Shown here one piece after another: positions 50,818 to 64,000 of a stretch of 64,000 bases of DNA. The number at the start of each line of letters is the position of its first letter. Position 1 is the stretch's first letter. The stretch is from Octopus sinensis (lineage: Eukaryota), in the NCBI RefSeq assembly GCF_006345805.1, contig NC_043002.1, positions 84,010,001 through 84,074,000 of the forward strand, written 5' to 3'. The position numbers were made by a program, and so were the translations under genes. The notes under the pieces are model-generated. The model had not been told where the DNA came from, searched no databases, and was given only the letters and a program-made list of their open reading frames with translations.

Positions 50818-52110
50818 TCATCATCATCATCATCATCGTTGAACGTCCGTTCTCCATGCTAGCATGGGTTGGACAGTCCGATCAAGGATCTGGGAAGCCG
50901 GAAGGCTGCACCAGGCTCCAGTCTGATCTGGCAGTGTTTCTACAGCTGGATGCCCTTCCTAACGCCAACCTCTCCGTTAGTGTAGTGGGTGCTTTTTACG
51001 TGCCCCCGGCACAGGTGCCAGGCGAGTCTGGCAATAGCCACGATTGGATTGGTGCTTTTTACGTACCACCGGCACGGAAGCCAGTCAAGGTGGTGTTGGC
51101 ATCAGCCATGTTCGGATGGTGCTTTTTATGTGCCACCGGCACGGAAGCCAGTCAAGGCGGCGCTGGCATCGACCACATTCAGATGGTGCCTTTTAGGTGC
51201 CACCGGCCCAGGGATCACAACTACAGTTTCCATTGATTTTTGATGTTGGTGTACTTGACTCAATAGATCTCCTCAAGCACAGGGTCGAAACGGTGTTTCT
51301 TTACTTGCCACCTGCACAGGAGTCAGTCCAGCAGCACTGGCAACTGCCGGGTGCCAGTCATAGGATTGGTTCAATTTCGATTCCGATTTCACTTGCCCCA
51401 ACAGGTCTTCACAAGCAGAGTTTAGTGTCCAATGGAGGGAGGTTGGCATGGGTGCCAGTCATCGGATGAGGTTCGATTTCGACTTCACTTGCCTCAACAG
51501 GTCTTCGCGTGTCCAAGGAAGGAAAGGCATGCATAAGTGGGCTGGCTACATCCTTGGCAAGGGACATGGGATGGACTCACTTGTCCTGCCAGGTCTTCTC
51601 ACGCACTGCATATTTCCAAAGGTCTCGGTCACTAGTCATTGCCTCGATGAGACCTAAAGTTCAAAGGTCATGCTTCACCACCTCGTCCCAGGTTTTCCTG
51701 GGTCTACCTCTTCCACGTATACCCTCAACCGTTAGGGATTGGCACTTTTTCACACACCTATCTTCATCCATTCTCGCCACATGACCATACCAGCGCAATT
51801 GTCTCTCTTGTACACCACAGCTGATGCTTTTTAGGTCCAACTTTTCTCTCAAGGCACTTACACTCTGTCGAGTATGTACACTGACATTACACATCCATCG
51901 GATCATACTGGCGTCATTCCTCGTGAGCTTACGCATGTCCTCAGCAGTCACGGCCCATGTTTCACTGCCATGTAGCATGGCTGTTCGTACACATGCGTCA
52001 TACAGTATGCCTTTTACTCTGAGCGAGAGGCCTTTAGTCACTAGCAGAGGTAAGAGCTCTCTGAACTTTGCCCAGGCTATTCTTACTCTAGCAGTTACAC
52101 TTTCAGCACA
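50818..52110 (-). mobile_element. 5'-truncated RTE LINE
   Basis: CAESVTARVRIAWAKFRELL...RWYGHV...GRPRKTW, 3' UTR and (GAT)n tail. Confidence 0.9.
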
Positions 52111-53119
52111 CCTAAACACTGAAGATGTACAGAAAACAAGATTCCATCACATGCCAGGGGGAAAAACTAGAAATTGTTGATAGCTTCTGTTACCTAGGTG
52201 ACCAAGTCAGTAGCGGGGGTGGATGCTCTGAGAGCAAAACTACTAGAATAAGATAAGAATAGCCTGGGCAAAGTTCAGAGAGCTGATAACAAAGGGCCTC
52301 TTGCTCAGAGTGAAAAGTAGACTTTGATGCATGTGTGCAAACTGCCATGCTACACGGCAATGAAACATGGGCTGTGACTACTGAGGACATGCATAAGCTT
52401 GAAAGAAATTAAGCTAGTATGCTCCACTGCACGTGTAATGTCAGTGTACATGCACAACAGAGTGTAAGCACCCTGAGAGAAAAGTTGGACATAAGAAGCA
52501 TCAGATATGCGCTGGTATGGTCATGTGTTGCATATGGATGGGGACAGTTGTGTGAAGAAGTGTCACACCCTAACAGTGGAAGGAACCTGTGGAAGAGGTA
52601 GACCCAGGAAGACCTGAGATGAAGTGGTGAAGCACAACCTTCAAATGTTGGGCCTCGCAGAGGCAATGAAAAGCGACCGAGACCTTTGGAGATGTTCTGT
52701 GCTTGAAAAGACCCAGCAAGCCAAATGAGATTGTAGCCATGGCCGATGCTATTAGAAGACCTGTTGAATCAAGTGAAATTGTTGTCATGGCCGATGCCAG
52801 TGCTGCCTAGTTGGTACCTGTACTGGTGGCACATAAAGCACACCATTCGAGTGTGGGTGATGCCAGTGCTGGTGGCACGTAAAAAAGCACCATTCAAGAG
52901 TGGTCGGTACCAGTGCCACCTGACTGGCTCCTGTGCTGGTGGCACGTAAAAAGCACCACTACATTGCCGGAGTGGTTGGTGTTAGGAAGGGCATCCAGCT
53001 GTAGAATCCTTGCCAGATCAGATTGGGGCCTGGTGCAGCCTCCGAGGTTGCCAGTCCTCAGTCAAACCATCCAACCCATGCCAGAATGAATAGCAGACAT
53101 TAAACAGTGGTGATGATGA
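52111..53119 (+). mobile_element. 5'-truncated, more degenerate RTE LINE
   Basis: Same region of the family on the opposite strand, with stops and frameshifts; has its own tail. Confidence 0.85.
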
Positions 53120-53745
53120 CTAGTTACAAAATCATTAAATTATGCAATTATCTTTTCCCATTCAGTTTTTTCACTGTAATTAAGTAGGTCATAATTGTTC
53201 CCTTATCTTATATGAAAAGGTTAAAATCCATTTCTTATTTGATTTTGTAGATTATACACTTTTTTTGTTGCTTCATTATTACAGGTATATCTCATATTCT
53301 TATTTAGTGATTAAAGAAGCAACTTTTTTTCTTGAAATTCAGAAATCAAATTAATGTATAATTAGAAATGGATTTTCTTTATGACGTTTTGGAATAATTA
53401 TTCTTCCTGCAAGTCCCATACCTGCTTGAGAAGGAAGACAAGTTCTCATGCTTGGCTTGTTACTATGGAAACAGGCATGAATGTGTCTGTGGTTTATGAC
53501 TGTTCTAAAATTACCCAAAATTTGCAAACTTTAAAAGCTATTAACTCTGTATTGATTGATTTATGGTAAAAATGAATTTGAAGTCATTGATTAACATATA
53601 GAACTATATTATTACACTGAATATGATATCAATTCAAACAGAAATTGAAGAGATTGAAAACTGGCAGTCAAAAAGATCCCAGAACGGTGATTAAAGACAT
53701 GTTATCTCATCTTTTATTCCGATATAATGTACCTAGGATTATATA

Positions 53746-54307
53746 TTGGGTTGTCCGGAAAGTTCGTGCCAATTTTTAAAGGAAAGAAAAAGTTCAATAA
53801 ATACTTGTCATTACATTTTTAATCAACCAAATATGAACCATTTTGTTTCACAATGTGTCTCCATCTTTCCTTAACTTGAAAATACCCTCTTCCCAGAATT
53901 GAGGTGGTTTCATGGCAAAGAATTCAAGATATTTTTTTATGTCATCCAAGAAATTGAAATTTTTACCATTAAGACTATTTTTCAGAGACCTGAATAAGTG
54001 GAAATCCAAAGGAACAATATCTGTTGAATATGGAGAGTGGGGTAACACATCCCAGCCGAGTTGCAGCAATTTTTGTCTGGTTCCCAAAGCATCAAGTGCC
54101 GAAAATGAACTTTCTTATCTTCCATTTTAAAGGGTTACAGAATTAACACAGGTTATAGGAACATAAATCTTCTTCCACAAAAAGATAGCTTAAACTGTGC
54201 TCTAAATGGAGGTGTAGTAAAATCCTATTTTATGGACTCAACCATGTTCTAAAATAAGTCAAAAGGTAAGCTACTATAAATCGGCATGAACTTTCCGAAC
54301 AACCCAA
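53746..54307 (-). mobile_element. Internally deleted mariner element
   Basis: TA|TTGGGTTGTCCGGAAAGTTCGTGCC TIRs with TA TSD; HSPYSTDIVPLDFHLFRSL (YSPDL-type motif). Confidence 0.9.
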
Positions 54308-55074
54308 TATTATACTATAAAATGATTGTGGTGAGATATATGAATATCTGCTCTTCGTTTTTGATGGAGAAGAGAACAAGTTGTGCTGGAAGTAACAGTT
54401 AAAAATAATATTTCATGCAAGCGTTTCATATTTTATATAGCTAGTTTAATTTCACTTAAAAAAATACCCAGCTGGAGAGGCTGAATGGTAAGAAGTTTAC
54501 TTCCCAACCACATCGTTCTTGTGTTTGTGGTACCTTGGGCAAGAGTGTTCTACTATAGAAACTGAAAAAAAGCCCATTGTATATACATACATACATGTAT
54601 ATACATACATACATACATACATACATTGTATATTCATACATACTTATGTAATTACGTATGCACACGTGCATACATATATACACACACACACACATGAGTC
54701 TGTGTTTCCCCCCTACCACTTCTTGAAAATCAGTGTTACTGTATCTATGTCCCTGTAACTTAATGGTTTGGCAAAAGAGGGAATAAGTACTAGGATTGAG
54801 AAAAAAAAAGCACTGGGTTTGATTCATTCAACTAAATTTCCTCAGACCAGTGCTTGACTATGGCCGTAGTCTAATAATAACTTTTAAATAATCATACCTA
54901 TGAAAGTGCACTGCCCACGTACCCACTAACTTTGTTTCCTCATAACTTTCAGAAAAATATCTTTCAGATAGTGTGGATTACTTTAATATTGAATTTGGTT
55001 GGTTGGTTGGTTGGCATCCTTTTTGTCTCGGGAAACAATGGAGTTGCACATAAAATAGTCTAGTCCGGCTTTTA

Positions 55075-55395
55075 CATTTCATGTCCTAATACATTTCCTG
55101 CTGTAGCTGTGTAGTCCTATCCTGGACAAACACTCCCTCTGGCAGGTGCCGCAAATGTAGCGAAGACTGTTTCTGGCTGGTTGTAATGTCATAGTTTCTT
55201 GTTGACGTCTTTTCTTGTCTTTCCATTTCTCCTCTCTCTCTCTCTCTGTCACTCCTTTGTATTCCCTCTTTTACGGTACGTTGCCAATCTCCACGATTGC
55301 TGGCAACTGCTTCCCAATTGCTAATATTGATATTGCAGGCCTTCATGTCCCTTTTGCAAACATCCTTGTAACGTAAGAACGGTCTTCCCAATATT
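55075..55395 (-). mobile_element. RTE-BovB-like LINE 3' end
   Basis: GRPFLRYKDVCKRDMKAC...WE.VA..R..W and a C-terminal C..C.R.C.SRIGLHS motif. Confidence 0.8.
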
Positions 55396-57965
55396 GAATT
55401 TAATGGGGAAATAATGGTATGCATGCATACAAGCATACTGATACACATCCCATATATCTACAGGGTGGTACTTGAAATTTTGAGAAAATTTACAATGTTT
55501 GTCAGTAGGTAATGTGTGCACGTCGTCCACCTTTTTTTTTCTTTTCCACATGAAAGTCCATTATAATCATAATCTATGTAAGCTGAAAGTGCTTGTAGAA
55601 AATTTTATACAAAAATCCTTATGTTTCTGAAAGTTATGAGGAAACAAAACCAACATGTGAATTTTCCAAAACTCTTCTCATCCCCGCAAAAAATTTTGCA
55701 ACAGAATCCAATAAATTCAAAATCTACGCCATCTGAAGCATATTTGTGAAGAATTTCATTACAAACTATCCATTTTTCTGAAAGCTACAAGTTTATTCAT
55801 TGCTGATTATCAACAATTATGATTTTCATTCAACTTTCATTAGTTGTATTTCCCCTCATTTTCTCTCACTTTATCATTATATGTACATAAATCGAAAGAT
55901 CACATTTTTAGTTGGCCAAATAACCATGAAGAGATTTTTTTCATTGATTCAAAGAGAAACGGGTGATACCTGGATTGCAATGGTGGAACATAGGCTTTGG
56001 TCACCTTGTATGATGGCCAAACGGGCTGCTCCCCTCCTTAGATGTATCATATCTTTAACTACAGGAAACATACATATATAAAAATGGTCACCTTTTGCAG
56101 TCCATATACACTACACACCCAACATCTCACTATTGCGGTGGCAGCATAGTTAAAACAGGAATGACTGCTGCTTCTCTTCAGCACATTCTTTAAAAAAATT
56201 GCACCTTTTTAACAACTTTTTAATCCACTCATTCCTTTGTAATATAAAAGTCAAATCTCTTTTTTATTTATTTATTTTATTTTATTTAAAGGCCTTGGAA
56301 GAGCTTTCTGGATTCATTACTTAATTTGACCTATTCCCCTCGTTTTGAACTATATGTTCATTCTCCTATAATGTGTTTGAGACCAATGGCATCTGGGGAG
56401 TGAAAACAGTGACATCATAACTTCCTATCTGCATATATTAACAGAATATTTTGCATGTGTTAGAAGAATTGAGAATACATTAACACAACTCATTTGTTGA
56501 TAACTGAAAGTGAAAAAATACATAAAGTTTATTAACCCCAGGCTCTGTTGTGGCATAAACAAACATAATTACCTCATGAATGTCTGGTGCAATACAGTTG
56601 TCTCCTATAATTTGTAGATGATAGTCCATTATATATTGCAAAAAAGAAAGTTTTATTTATTTATTTATTTATTTATTTATTTTTGTGTTTATTATGAAGG
56701 TATTATTAGGTGATAGGTTCACAGAATCTTTAGAGTGCCAACCAAAAGGCTTTGTGGTTTTTATTCCAGTTTGTTACATTCCAAGTTCAAATCCTGTCGA
56801 AATAAACTTTGTCTATCACCCCTTCTAAGATTAATAGAATACCAGTCAAGTACAAGGATTTATGTAATTGACTAACATTCTCCCCAAAATTGCTTGTTTG
56901 TACTTAAATTGCAAATAATTATGGTGTTATATCGTATGTGTCATTGAGATTGCCTACAAAAACTGATGGATTTTATATTTTCTGTTAAGGAATGTCATGG
57001 AGGAAAACTAAGAAAAAGAAATTATTTGTGTGAAGCAGAAAAAAGATATAAGAAATTGCAAATTGTAACCAAGAATCATCAAAATCTATCAGATGGGGCA
57101 TCATTTATTTTTTGTTTGACAACTGTACAGCATCCACTCTGCATCTTTAATGACTTGCTATATACCTTCAACCCAGGAAGTAAAGACAGTACTCAGGTCA
57201 TCCAAAGTGGAATCCTCTGGATCAGTGTTTCATCAGCAAAGCCATCATCTATATCCACTGGGTTCCCTCTTGATAGATGATCAACAAAGAGTACTTTTTG
57301 TAGGTTTTGAGGGAGTTCAAGAAGAGATTTTGTTACAAAAGGCCAGAGATCTACACCAGGGCAAAGCACCAGTCCACGATTCCATCCTAGCAACCAGCTA
57401 CATGATTGGGATCCTCACCTTCCTCTCTCTCTGAGTTTTTGGTTGTTCCCCAAGCTGAAGAGAAGATGAAGGACACTGTGACAAGGGTCCTGGGGAGCTA
57501 CTGTAGGGTTTTCGTGATGGAGCACTACAAGTGCATTGAAGTCAGAGTTTTGTACTTTTTTGAAAGTAATAAATGTCTCCTGAAAACATTTCCAAAACTC
57601 TGGAATGCGCCTTGCATATGTAAATAAATGTGTTTGGATCTACTTTTTCCTTTTTGAAACTAACTCCCAAAGTTTAATTTGCGTATATAGTAGTTCTAAT
57701 TTCACTCGATTATCCCACCCTCTCAATTTTGAATAGCTCTTGAAAACGTTATAACTTTGGTTAAAAAGTAGGAGCAAAAAAAAGTACTTTTCCTCATCTT
57801 CTCCCATATGGCTTGGTGCATCGAATATGTGCCTAAGACCTAAAAAAAAGTCTAACTGGATGGTTTGAAAATAAGAATAAATTTAGTGTAACATATATTT
57901 TGTATTTTCAATAGATTTTAGAACCTTAATTTGATTTCCTAAAGTTTTTATACGAAAATAAGAAT

Positions 57966-57990
57966 GTTACTATGGATACTGCCGCCATAA
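57966..57990. promoter_or_regulatory. RFX X-box-like motif adjacent to a YY1-like motif
   Basis: GTTACTATGGATAC at 57966-57979 and GCCGCCAT at 57981-57988. Confidence 0.3.
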
Positions 57991-59043
57991 TTGACAACAG
58001 CCGAAAATGGATTCCATTCGATACATTTGCTTACATTTCTCTAATTAGCGCTTTTTTAATCCGCACATAATTCGATGTTGACTTCATTAAAATAGGTAAG
58101 CTTAATGATAAATTATATACAGAAATAGTTTGCCTCAGGAAATTATTAAAACTATTAGGTAACCGTGCTATTTATATTTTGAATATAATGGTTGTTTAGA
58201 TTTAAGTTGGCTGTGATCGAGCTTAGTTAAGGATAACAAAAACTTCCAGCCTTGACTATCTCGTCTTTTTGCATATCTAGAGCAACATTATCGAACGTAT
58301 CGTTCATTGTTTTAAGACGGGAGTGAGTAATCAAAGGGGGATTTGGCTGAGTAAATGCAACAGGTGAGCGATCGCGTATAGACTGCTCCTACAGCACGTT
58401 TAACAGTCATTTCAACCGTGGGTTTTTTTTTTCATTGAAAATAAAAATGAATGAAAAATTTATTGATAATAGTTATTAAGTAGATATATTAAGCATTTTG
58501 TCATCTAATTTGAATGTAGTGAGTGGTAAATAAGACGTTCATTGATTGAAATAATTTTTTCAAAATGGAATTAACAATTAAAAAAAATTCGTATCGAAGT
58601 TTTGGGATAGCTCTCAAGGAATTTTGTGTGTGTGTGTGTTTTAGTAATCCTGTGTTTCATACAAGAATTATATGTTTCTCTCACCCATATACATCCCACT
58701 TTTTCACTCAGATATTTTTCTTTATCATTCTCCTACATATATTTTAGTTTTCCCTTCGCTCATATATACGTGTTTCTCTTTCTATATGCATCATTGTACA
58801 TACGCAGCTGGCTCGTTCTCGCTCATATATACACACACACACCCATGTCACAAATGTTTGCATTTTCCCAGAAGAGACTATTGATCTAATCGATTTTCTG
58901 ATTATTCATCTGAAAATATGGTAGTTTATATCTCGTCACGTAGGTGACCCAAATGAACAAGATCAATAGATCTATGGTTCCAGAGATATCCCATTCAACC
59001 ATAGGGGCATTTGTGCTAAAGAAAGTGATGATGATCGACACCT

Positions 59044-59045
<2 letters not shown>

Positions 59046-59085
<40 letters not shown>
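59046..59085. repeat. (CT)n microsatellite
   Basis: Direct inspection. Confidence 0.95.
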
Positions 59086-59088
<3 letters not shown>

Positions 59089-59319
59089 GATGAAAAGCAA
59101 GAGACATTAGGGAACTAATAGCATACCTGCACAAGTGCCCCGCCCCTAGCTTTGTTCCTCATGACTTTCAGAAAAATATTTTTTAACGAAATTTTCTAGA
59201 AATACCGTTCAGATGGTGTAGATTACGATTACATCGGAATTTAATGTGTGTGTGCGTGTGTATAAAATAGTGGGTGTGCTGACAGTTATTTTTTTTACAA
59301 AATTTCAAGTTTCATTTTT

Positions 59320-59815
59320 ATAATAATAATATAATAATAATGAAATTATTGTATACAGTGCTCAGGTGCACCACAACTTGTCAGAAAGTGCGTATAAAGC
59401 ATATGCAGTAATGTAGAAATGTCTGGAAAGTGAACAATGTATGAGTCAGATACATGCTTGTGTGTGTATGGAGGGGAGAAAATCAGGTGTAGTGTTGGCG
59501 AATCTCAGGAAGCATGGAAGTTTTGAAGGATGCAGTGCTCCGACAACTAACAACCGATGCCAGCAGTTTGTTCCATGCTTCAGCAACTCTCAGCGTGAAA
59601 AAATGTTTCCTGAAGTCATGGGAGCTGTGCTGTTTTCTTACTTTGTAAATATGTCCACGGGTGTTAGACGGGTGGAGTTTGAAGAGGTGCTCAGAGTTAT
59701 TGTTTGTGCGATGGTTGATAATTTTATGGGTGTCTGCCAAGTCAGCTGCCAGACGTCGGAGTTTCAATGTGTCCATGCAAAGGGAAGTAAGGCATTCAGG
59801 ATATGGCAAATATAT
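59320..59815 (-). mobile_element. CR1-clade LINE 3' end
   Basis: Y.E.L..L....L..RRL..DL...HKI...TRGH..K......RKHFFT.RV..AWN.L...VV motif; (ATT)n tail. Confidence 0.85.
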
Positions 59816-60894
59816 TTATGATGTGGGATCAGTATGTAGGTGCGTGCGCCTATCAAATTATAGTTGTTGATTTTTTTCCACATTAAATTCCAATATAATT
59901 GCTATCTATACCATCTATCAGGTATTTGTAGAAAGTTTCATTTAAAAAATATCAATTTACTGAAAGTTATGAAGAAGCAAACTCGGGGTGGAGGCACACT
60001 TGTGTATTTATTCCCTGATACTTGCTCAAACTCTCCTATGAACTAAGTGTTGCCAATGTAGTCCAGCACTAGTTTCTGGATCATACCCAGTTATGCCTTG
60101 GCTCTGCTTTGCCGATGTCTACACTTCTCATTCTGACATACGATGTTTAATCTTATGAAGTGCATTGAGACCTTGCTGCATTCTTACCTCTGTCCAGTTT
60201 CTGTATATCTTTAGATTCTGATGGTGGCCACAGTAAAAGTAGATATAAACTTGATCTGAGGGCAACAGTTGTTATTCCTTTGCCCTTAGCAGTGGGTGCT
60301 ATGCATCGCAGCACAGTGTTTTAGGGTTCTTACTAGACTTAACAATTTTATCTATATTAAATACTTTTTCTGAATTAGAATGTAAGACAGGGTCACAGAA
60401 TTCAATATAGTTGATGTTAAGAAAAGGACTTACAATACCTATGGCTAATGCTTTTGCTCCACACTACAGAAAATAACATAAAAAGAAAAAACTAAGCAAA
60501 ATAAATAGGATTTCTATTATCAATTCAGTCAAATGTAATTGGAGGCAGTTGCAAACTAGCTTTCTGCCAGCATTTTTAGATGAATTTTTTCCCCTTTTAT
60601 TGAAGAGAACCACTTCAGTATTCCTTATGTTGATTTATTTAATTATTCTTTGTCATATGGCAGAGTGGTTAGAACATCAGATAGAATGCTGATTTTGTTC
60701 TGAAGCTCAGTCCTCTGAAGTCAGCTTTACTTTACATCCTTTCGAGGTTGATAAAAAAAAGGTATCAATCCAGGGCAGTGGATTGGCAGAACTGTAAGAA
60801 CATAGAGCTGCACAAGCCTTCTAGGATTTTTTCTGGAAAGGTAGCAAGCTGGTAATATTGTTAGGACACTGGACAAAAAGCTTAGTGGTATTTC

Positions 60895-61300
60895 TTTTCG
60901 CGAGCTGGCAGAAACGTTAGCACGCCAGGCGAAATGCGTAGCCATATTTTGTCTGCCATTATGTTCTGAGTTCAAATTCCGCCGAGGTTGACTTTGCCTT
61001 TCATCCTTTCAGGGTCGATAAATTAAGTACCAGTTACACACTGGGGTCGATATAATCGACTTAATCTGTCTCTCTGTCCTTGTTTTATCTCCTCTGTGTT
61101 TAGCCTCTTGTGGGTAGTAAAGAAATAGGTATTTCTTTTGGCAGTATGTTCTGGGTTTAAATTCTGCTGAGGTTGACTTTCTCTTTCGTCCTTTTGGGAT
61201 CGATTATAATAAGTACCAGTCAAGCACTAAGGGTGGGGAAGGGTCTTGATGCAGTTGACTAGCTCTCTTTCCCACAAATTTCAGTCCTTGTGCCTATATT
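60895..61300 (+). mobile_element. Dimeric Nin-domain SINE
   Basis: Full unit followed by a second partial unit. Confidence 0.75.
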
Positions 61301-61542
61301 CTTTTATTCTTTTACTTGTTTCAGTAATTTGGCTGGCTATGCTGGAACACTACTTCAAAGGGTTTTAGTTGAACAAATTGACCCCAGAATTTTTTCTTTT
61401 TAAGTCTAGTACATATTCTATCAGTCTTTTCTGAACCACTAAGTTGTAGAGACATAAACACACCAATACTAGTTGTCAAGCAGTGGGGGTGGGGCGAAAA
61501 CACAGACACAATGACATACATACATATATATATATATATATA

Positions 61543-61573
<31 letters not shown>

Positions 61574-61742
61574 CTCAAAATAAGTAACAAGAATGACTCT
61601 GGTAATTTGGAAAACCTCTATAATTGGCTGATGAGTACTCAGCATTTTAAAACTGTTGTAATACTTACAACATTTAATAAAATGATGTAGTACGAAACGA
61701 TCGTACCAAATTACCGGAGTCATTCTTGTTGCTTATTTTGAT
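61574..61742. mobile_element. Small TA-type MITE
   Basis: 35-bp TIR caaaataagtaacaagaatgactctggtaatttgg / ccaaattaccggagtcattcttgttgcttattttg. Confidence 0.75.
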
Positions 61743-61877
61743 TATAATCACCCCAAGGATTTTTATGGATAACACCATACAGAATTCTGGTGCATCTAAA
61801 TTAAGTACCATATTCATTTGAATCTAAATTTTTGCTGAACTTATATATATATATATATACACACACACACATATATA

Positions 61878-62086
61878 CAGGGTGTCCCAGAAGTCACGCA
61901 TCACCCTGGCTTTTTAAAAGAATACACCCTTACTGATTTCAAAAACACGTTATTGAAATTAATCATAACAAATGCTCAAATTGAGCACTCTCTACAATAA
62001 AATATGCTGAAAAAATATAATAAAGTAAAATGCTTTAATTATTTTAAATAAAAACTAGAATGGTGTGTAACATCTGGGACACCCTG
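61878..62086. mobile_element. Tc1/mariner MITE
   Basis: TA|CAGGGTGTCCCAGA ... TCTGGGACACCCTG|TA. Confidence 0.85.
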
Positions 62087-62107
62087 TATATATAATACAA
62101 AGTAGAG

Positions 62108-62826
62108 GAATTCCCAAACGCATAAGTGAAGATATTCAATCAATGCATTTGAATCAGATATATTTACATACACCAACATAAATCATGCATGTATAGGCAT
62201 AAAGATTCTCCAAGGGTAGAAAGAGTACAACCAAACATACATAAATATATAGGAGAGATATAAAAGCATATAAAAATACATATAAAATCACATATGAATA
62301 AGGATTACCTGTATAAAGTTATGCGTGATAAATATACAAGGTACAAAATGAATGAGAGTACGTCATCTTGATGATGGGGACATCACATATATGTACTCCT
62401 GAAACAGCCGTAGATGGAACACCCTCCTATTTTTCGGATCCTTTATATTTATTTTTCTTAACCTTGGTATCTTGTGTCACTTTTATCTCATATCTTAGAT
62501 GTCTTAGAAATTTTAGACGATTTAGGTGATCTGCCATTTTGAAGATTGCCATTTTTATTTCTATATTTATCAATCCCCCCATTCGCTTTGTGCCTCCTAT
62601 ATTTATCACGCATGGCTTTATACATGTAATCCTTATTCATATGTGATTTTATATGTATTTTTATATGCTTTTATATCTCTCCTATATATTTATGTATATT
62701 TGGTTTTACTCTTTCGACCCTTGGAAAATCTGTATGCCTGTACATGCATGATTTATGTTGATGTGTGTAAATATATATGATTTAATTGCATTGATTGAAT
62801 ATCTTCATTTATGTGTTCAGGAATTT
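62108..62826. repeat. Foldback inverted repeat (arms of ~250 bp), probably a Penelope pseudo-LTR remnant
   Basis: Arms 62108-62358 and 62576-62826 are reverse complements, roughly 85-90% identical; spacer ~217 bp. Confidence 0.85.
62364..62416 (+). ncRNA. Minimal type I hammerhead-ribozyme-like motif with a core mutation
   Basis: CATC-(T)TGATGA-stem II-GAAAC-AGCC-GTA-GATG; stem I CATC/GATG pairs; C3 is replaced by T. Confidence 0.55.
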
Positions 62827-63869
62827 GGTTGACTGCCTAGGGTTTGTGTTTTTATTTTCCTTTACTTTTTATTATTTTGTATTGGCTCTTTACAATCACT
62901 CCATAAATAGCCCATACTTTCTATAACATACTTAATATTATATATTTATATAGATATACACATATATATGAGAGGCTTCTTTCAGTTTCCATCTACCAAA
63001 TCCACTCACAAGGCTTTAGTCAGCCTGAGGCTATAGAAGACACTTGCCCAAAGTGCCATGCAGTAGGACTGAACCTGGAACCATGTGCTTGGGAAGCAAG
63101 CATCTTACCACACAGCCATGCCTGCATTTATAGAAGAAAAAAAAGAATATTTGTTCTGGATTTTTGTGTTCGAAGTTCAGACCCTACCAAAGCCTATTTG
63201 GGTTGAAAACAATCTGTCACCCAGTTTAGTGCCACCACCTTGTTGCAGGCTTTTGGACTAGATTTCCAGTTTGATTATCCCTTCTCTCTCTTCCTCTTCC
63301 ACCAATTCTTGGAAGCCCTTTGAAAGGTCATGGGTGTTGATATCTATCCTGACTAGAAAATATTTAAAAAAAAAAAATGTGGACGACATCTTATTATTTA
63401 ATTTTTATATAAATTCTTTTCTGTCCCAGAATTGAACAAACTGTGTACATCATCTGTGAGAAAAACAAAAGGAAAAGTGGGTTGAATGCAACTAGTGTAT
63501 TTAGGTGAAGGTTGTATTGAATTAACTATCAGCAAGGAATAGAGGCCATTGTAGAGAGAACAGTCTAACTGGGCCAGCTGGTGTTGTTTAGTTCTTAGTT
63601 AAACCTAATCAAAATGATCTATGTCAAAAGGCATTCCTGCTGTGTGTGTGTGGTTTTTTTTTTTTTTTTCTGAAATATCAGGTCATTAAGAATGACATGT
63701 CAGATTTTCTTCTGCACCAAGTTTGACAGTCATTAGCTCTAATGTTTTATATTGACAATTCTTTGTTTTACAACATTTAGTCAGCCTGAGGCTATAGTAG
63801 AAGGCACTTGCTCAAAGTGTCATGCAGTAGGACTGAACCTGGAACCATGGCATCACTTTGTCTCCAACA

Positions 63870-64000
63870 ATTCGGTGCGACACCAGTGCAGAATCACCTC
63901 CCTCCGACAAGTCATCCTAACGAGACGTCTGCATTGGCTGGGTCATGCCCTCCGTCGTCAACCAGAATTCATCTACGAGGCAATTGCCCCAGCTCCCCTT
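63870..64000 (+). mobile_element. RTE LINE C-terminal fragment, running off the window
   Basis: RRLHWLGHALRRQP motif. Confidence 0.6.

Overview
AT-rich, repeat-dense eukaryotic genomic DNA, most likely from an octopus (inferred from the tRNA-derived OK/OR-like SINE families, Nin-domain SINEs, RTE 3' tails and microsatellite load). No rRNA, true tRNA or CRISPR features were found. Two host genes are supported, both on the minus strand. (1) A GGACT (gamma-glutamylamine cyclotransferase, AIG2-like) gene: exon 1 at 50270-50076, then TWO intact, phase-compatible copies of the terminal coding exon (42388-42110 and 35584-35306) produced by a ~1.35 kb tandem duplication; no second exon 1 was seen. 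(2) An uncharacterised gene with a start-codon exon (11981-11843) and a 1086-nt low-complexity exon (7512-6427) rich in SIM-like motifs; its 5' UTR exon and 3' end are unresolved. The rest is mostly transposons: Helitrons (one composite), RTE, CR1 and Penelope fragments, Tc1/mariner, hAT and TTAA MITEs, and a GGATC-ended, probably Merlin-type MITE family with a nested 1.37 kb long-TIR element. Most interesting: the duplicated GGACT last exon, whose intron copies are more alike than the exon copies; a 27/29 motif shared by the GGACT 5' region and the interior of the nested element; and a foldback carrying a minimal hammerhead-ribozyme-like core. All alignments, counts and coordinates were done by eye; element boundaries without a TSD are approximate.
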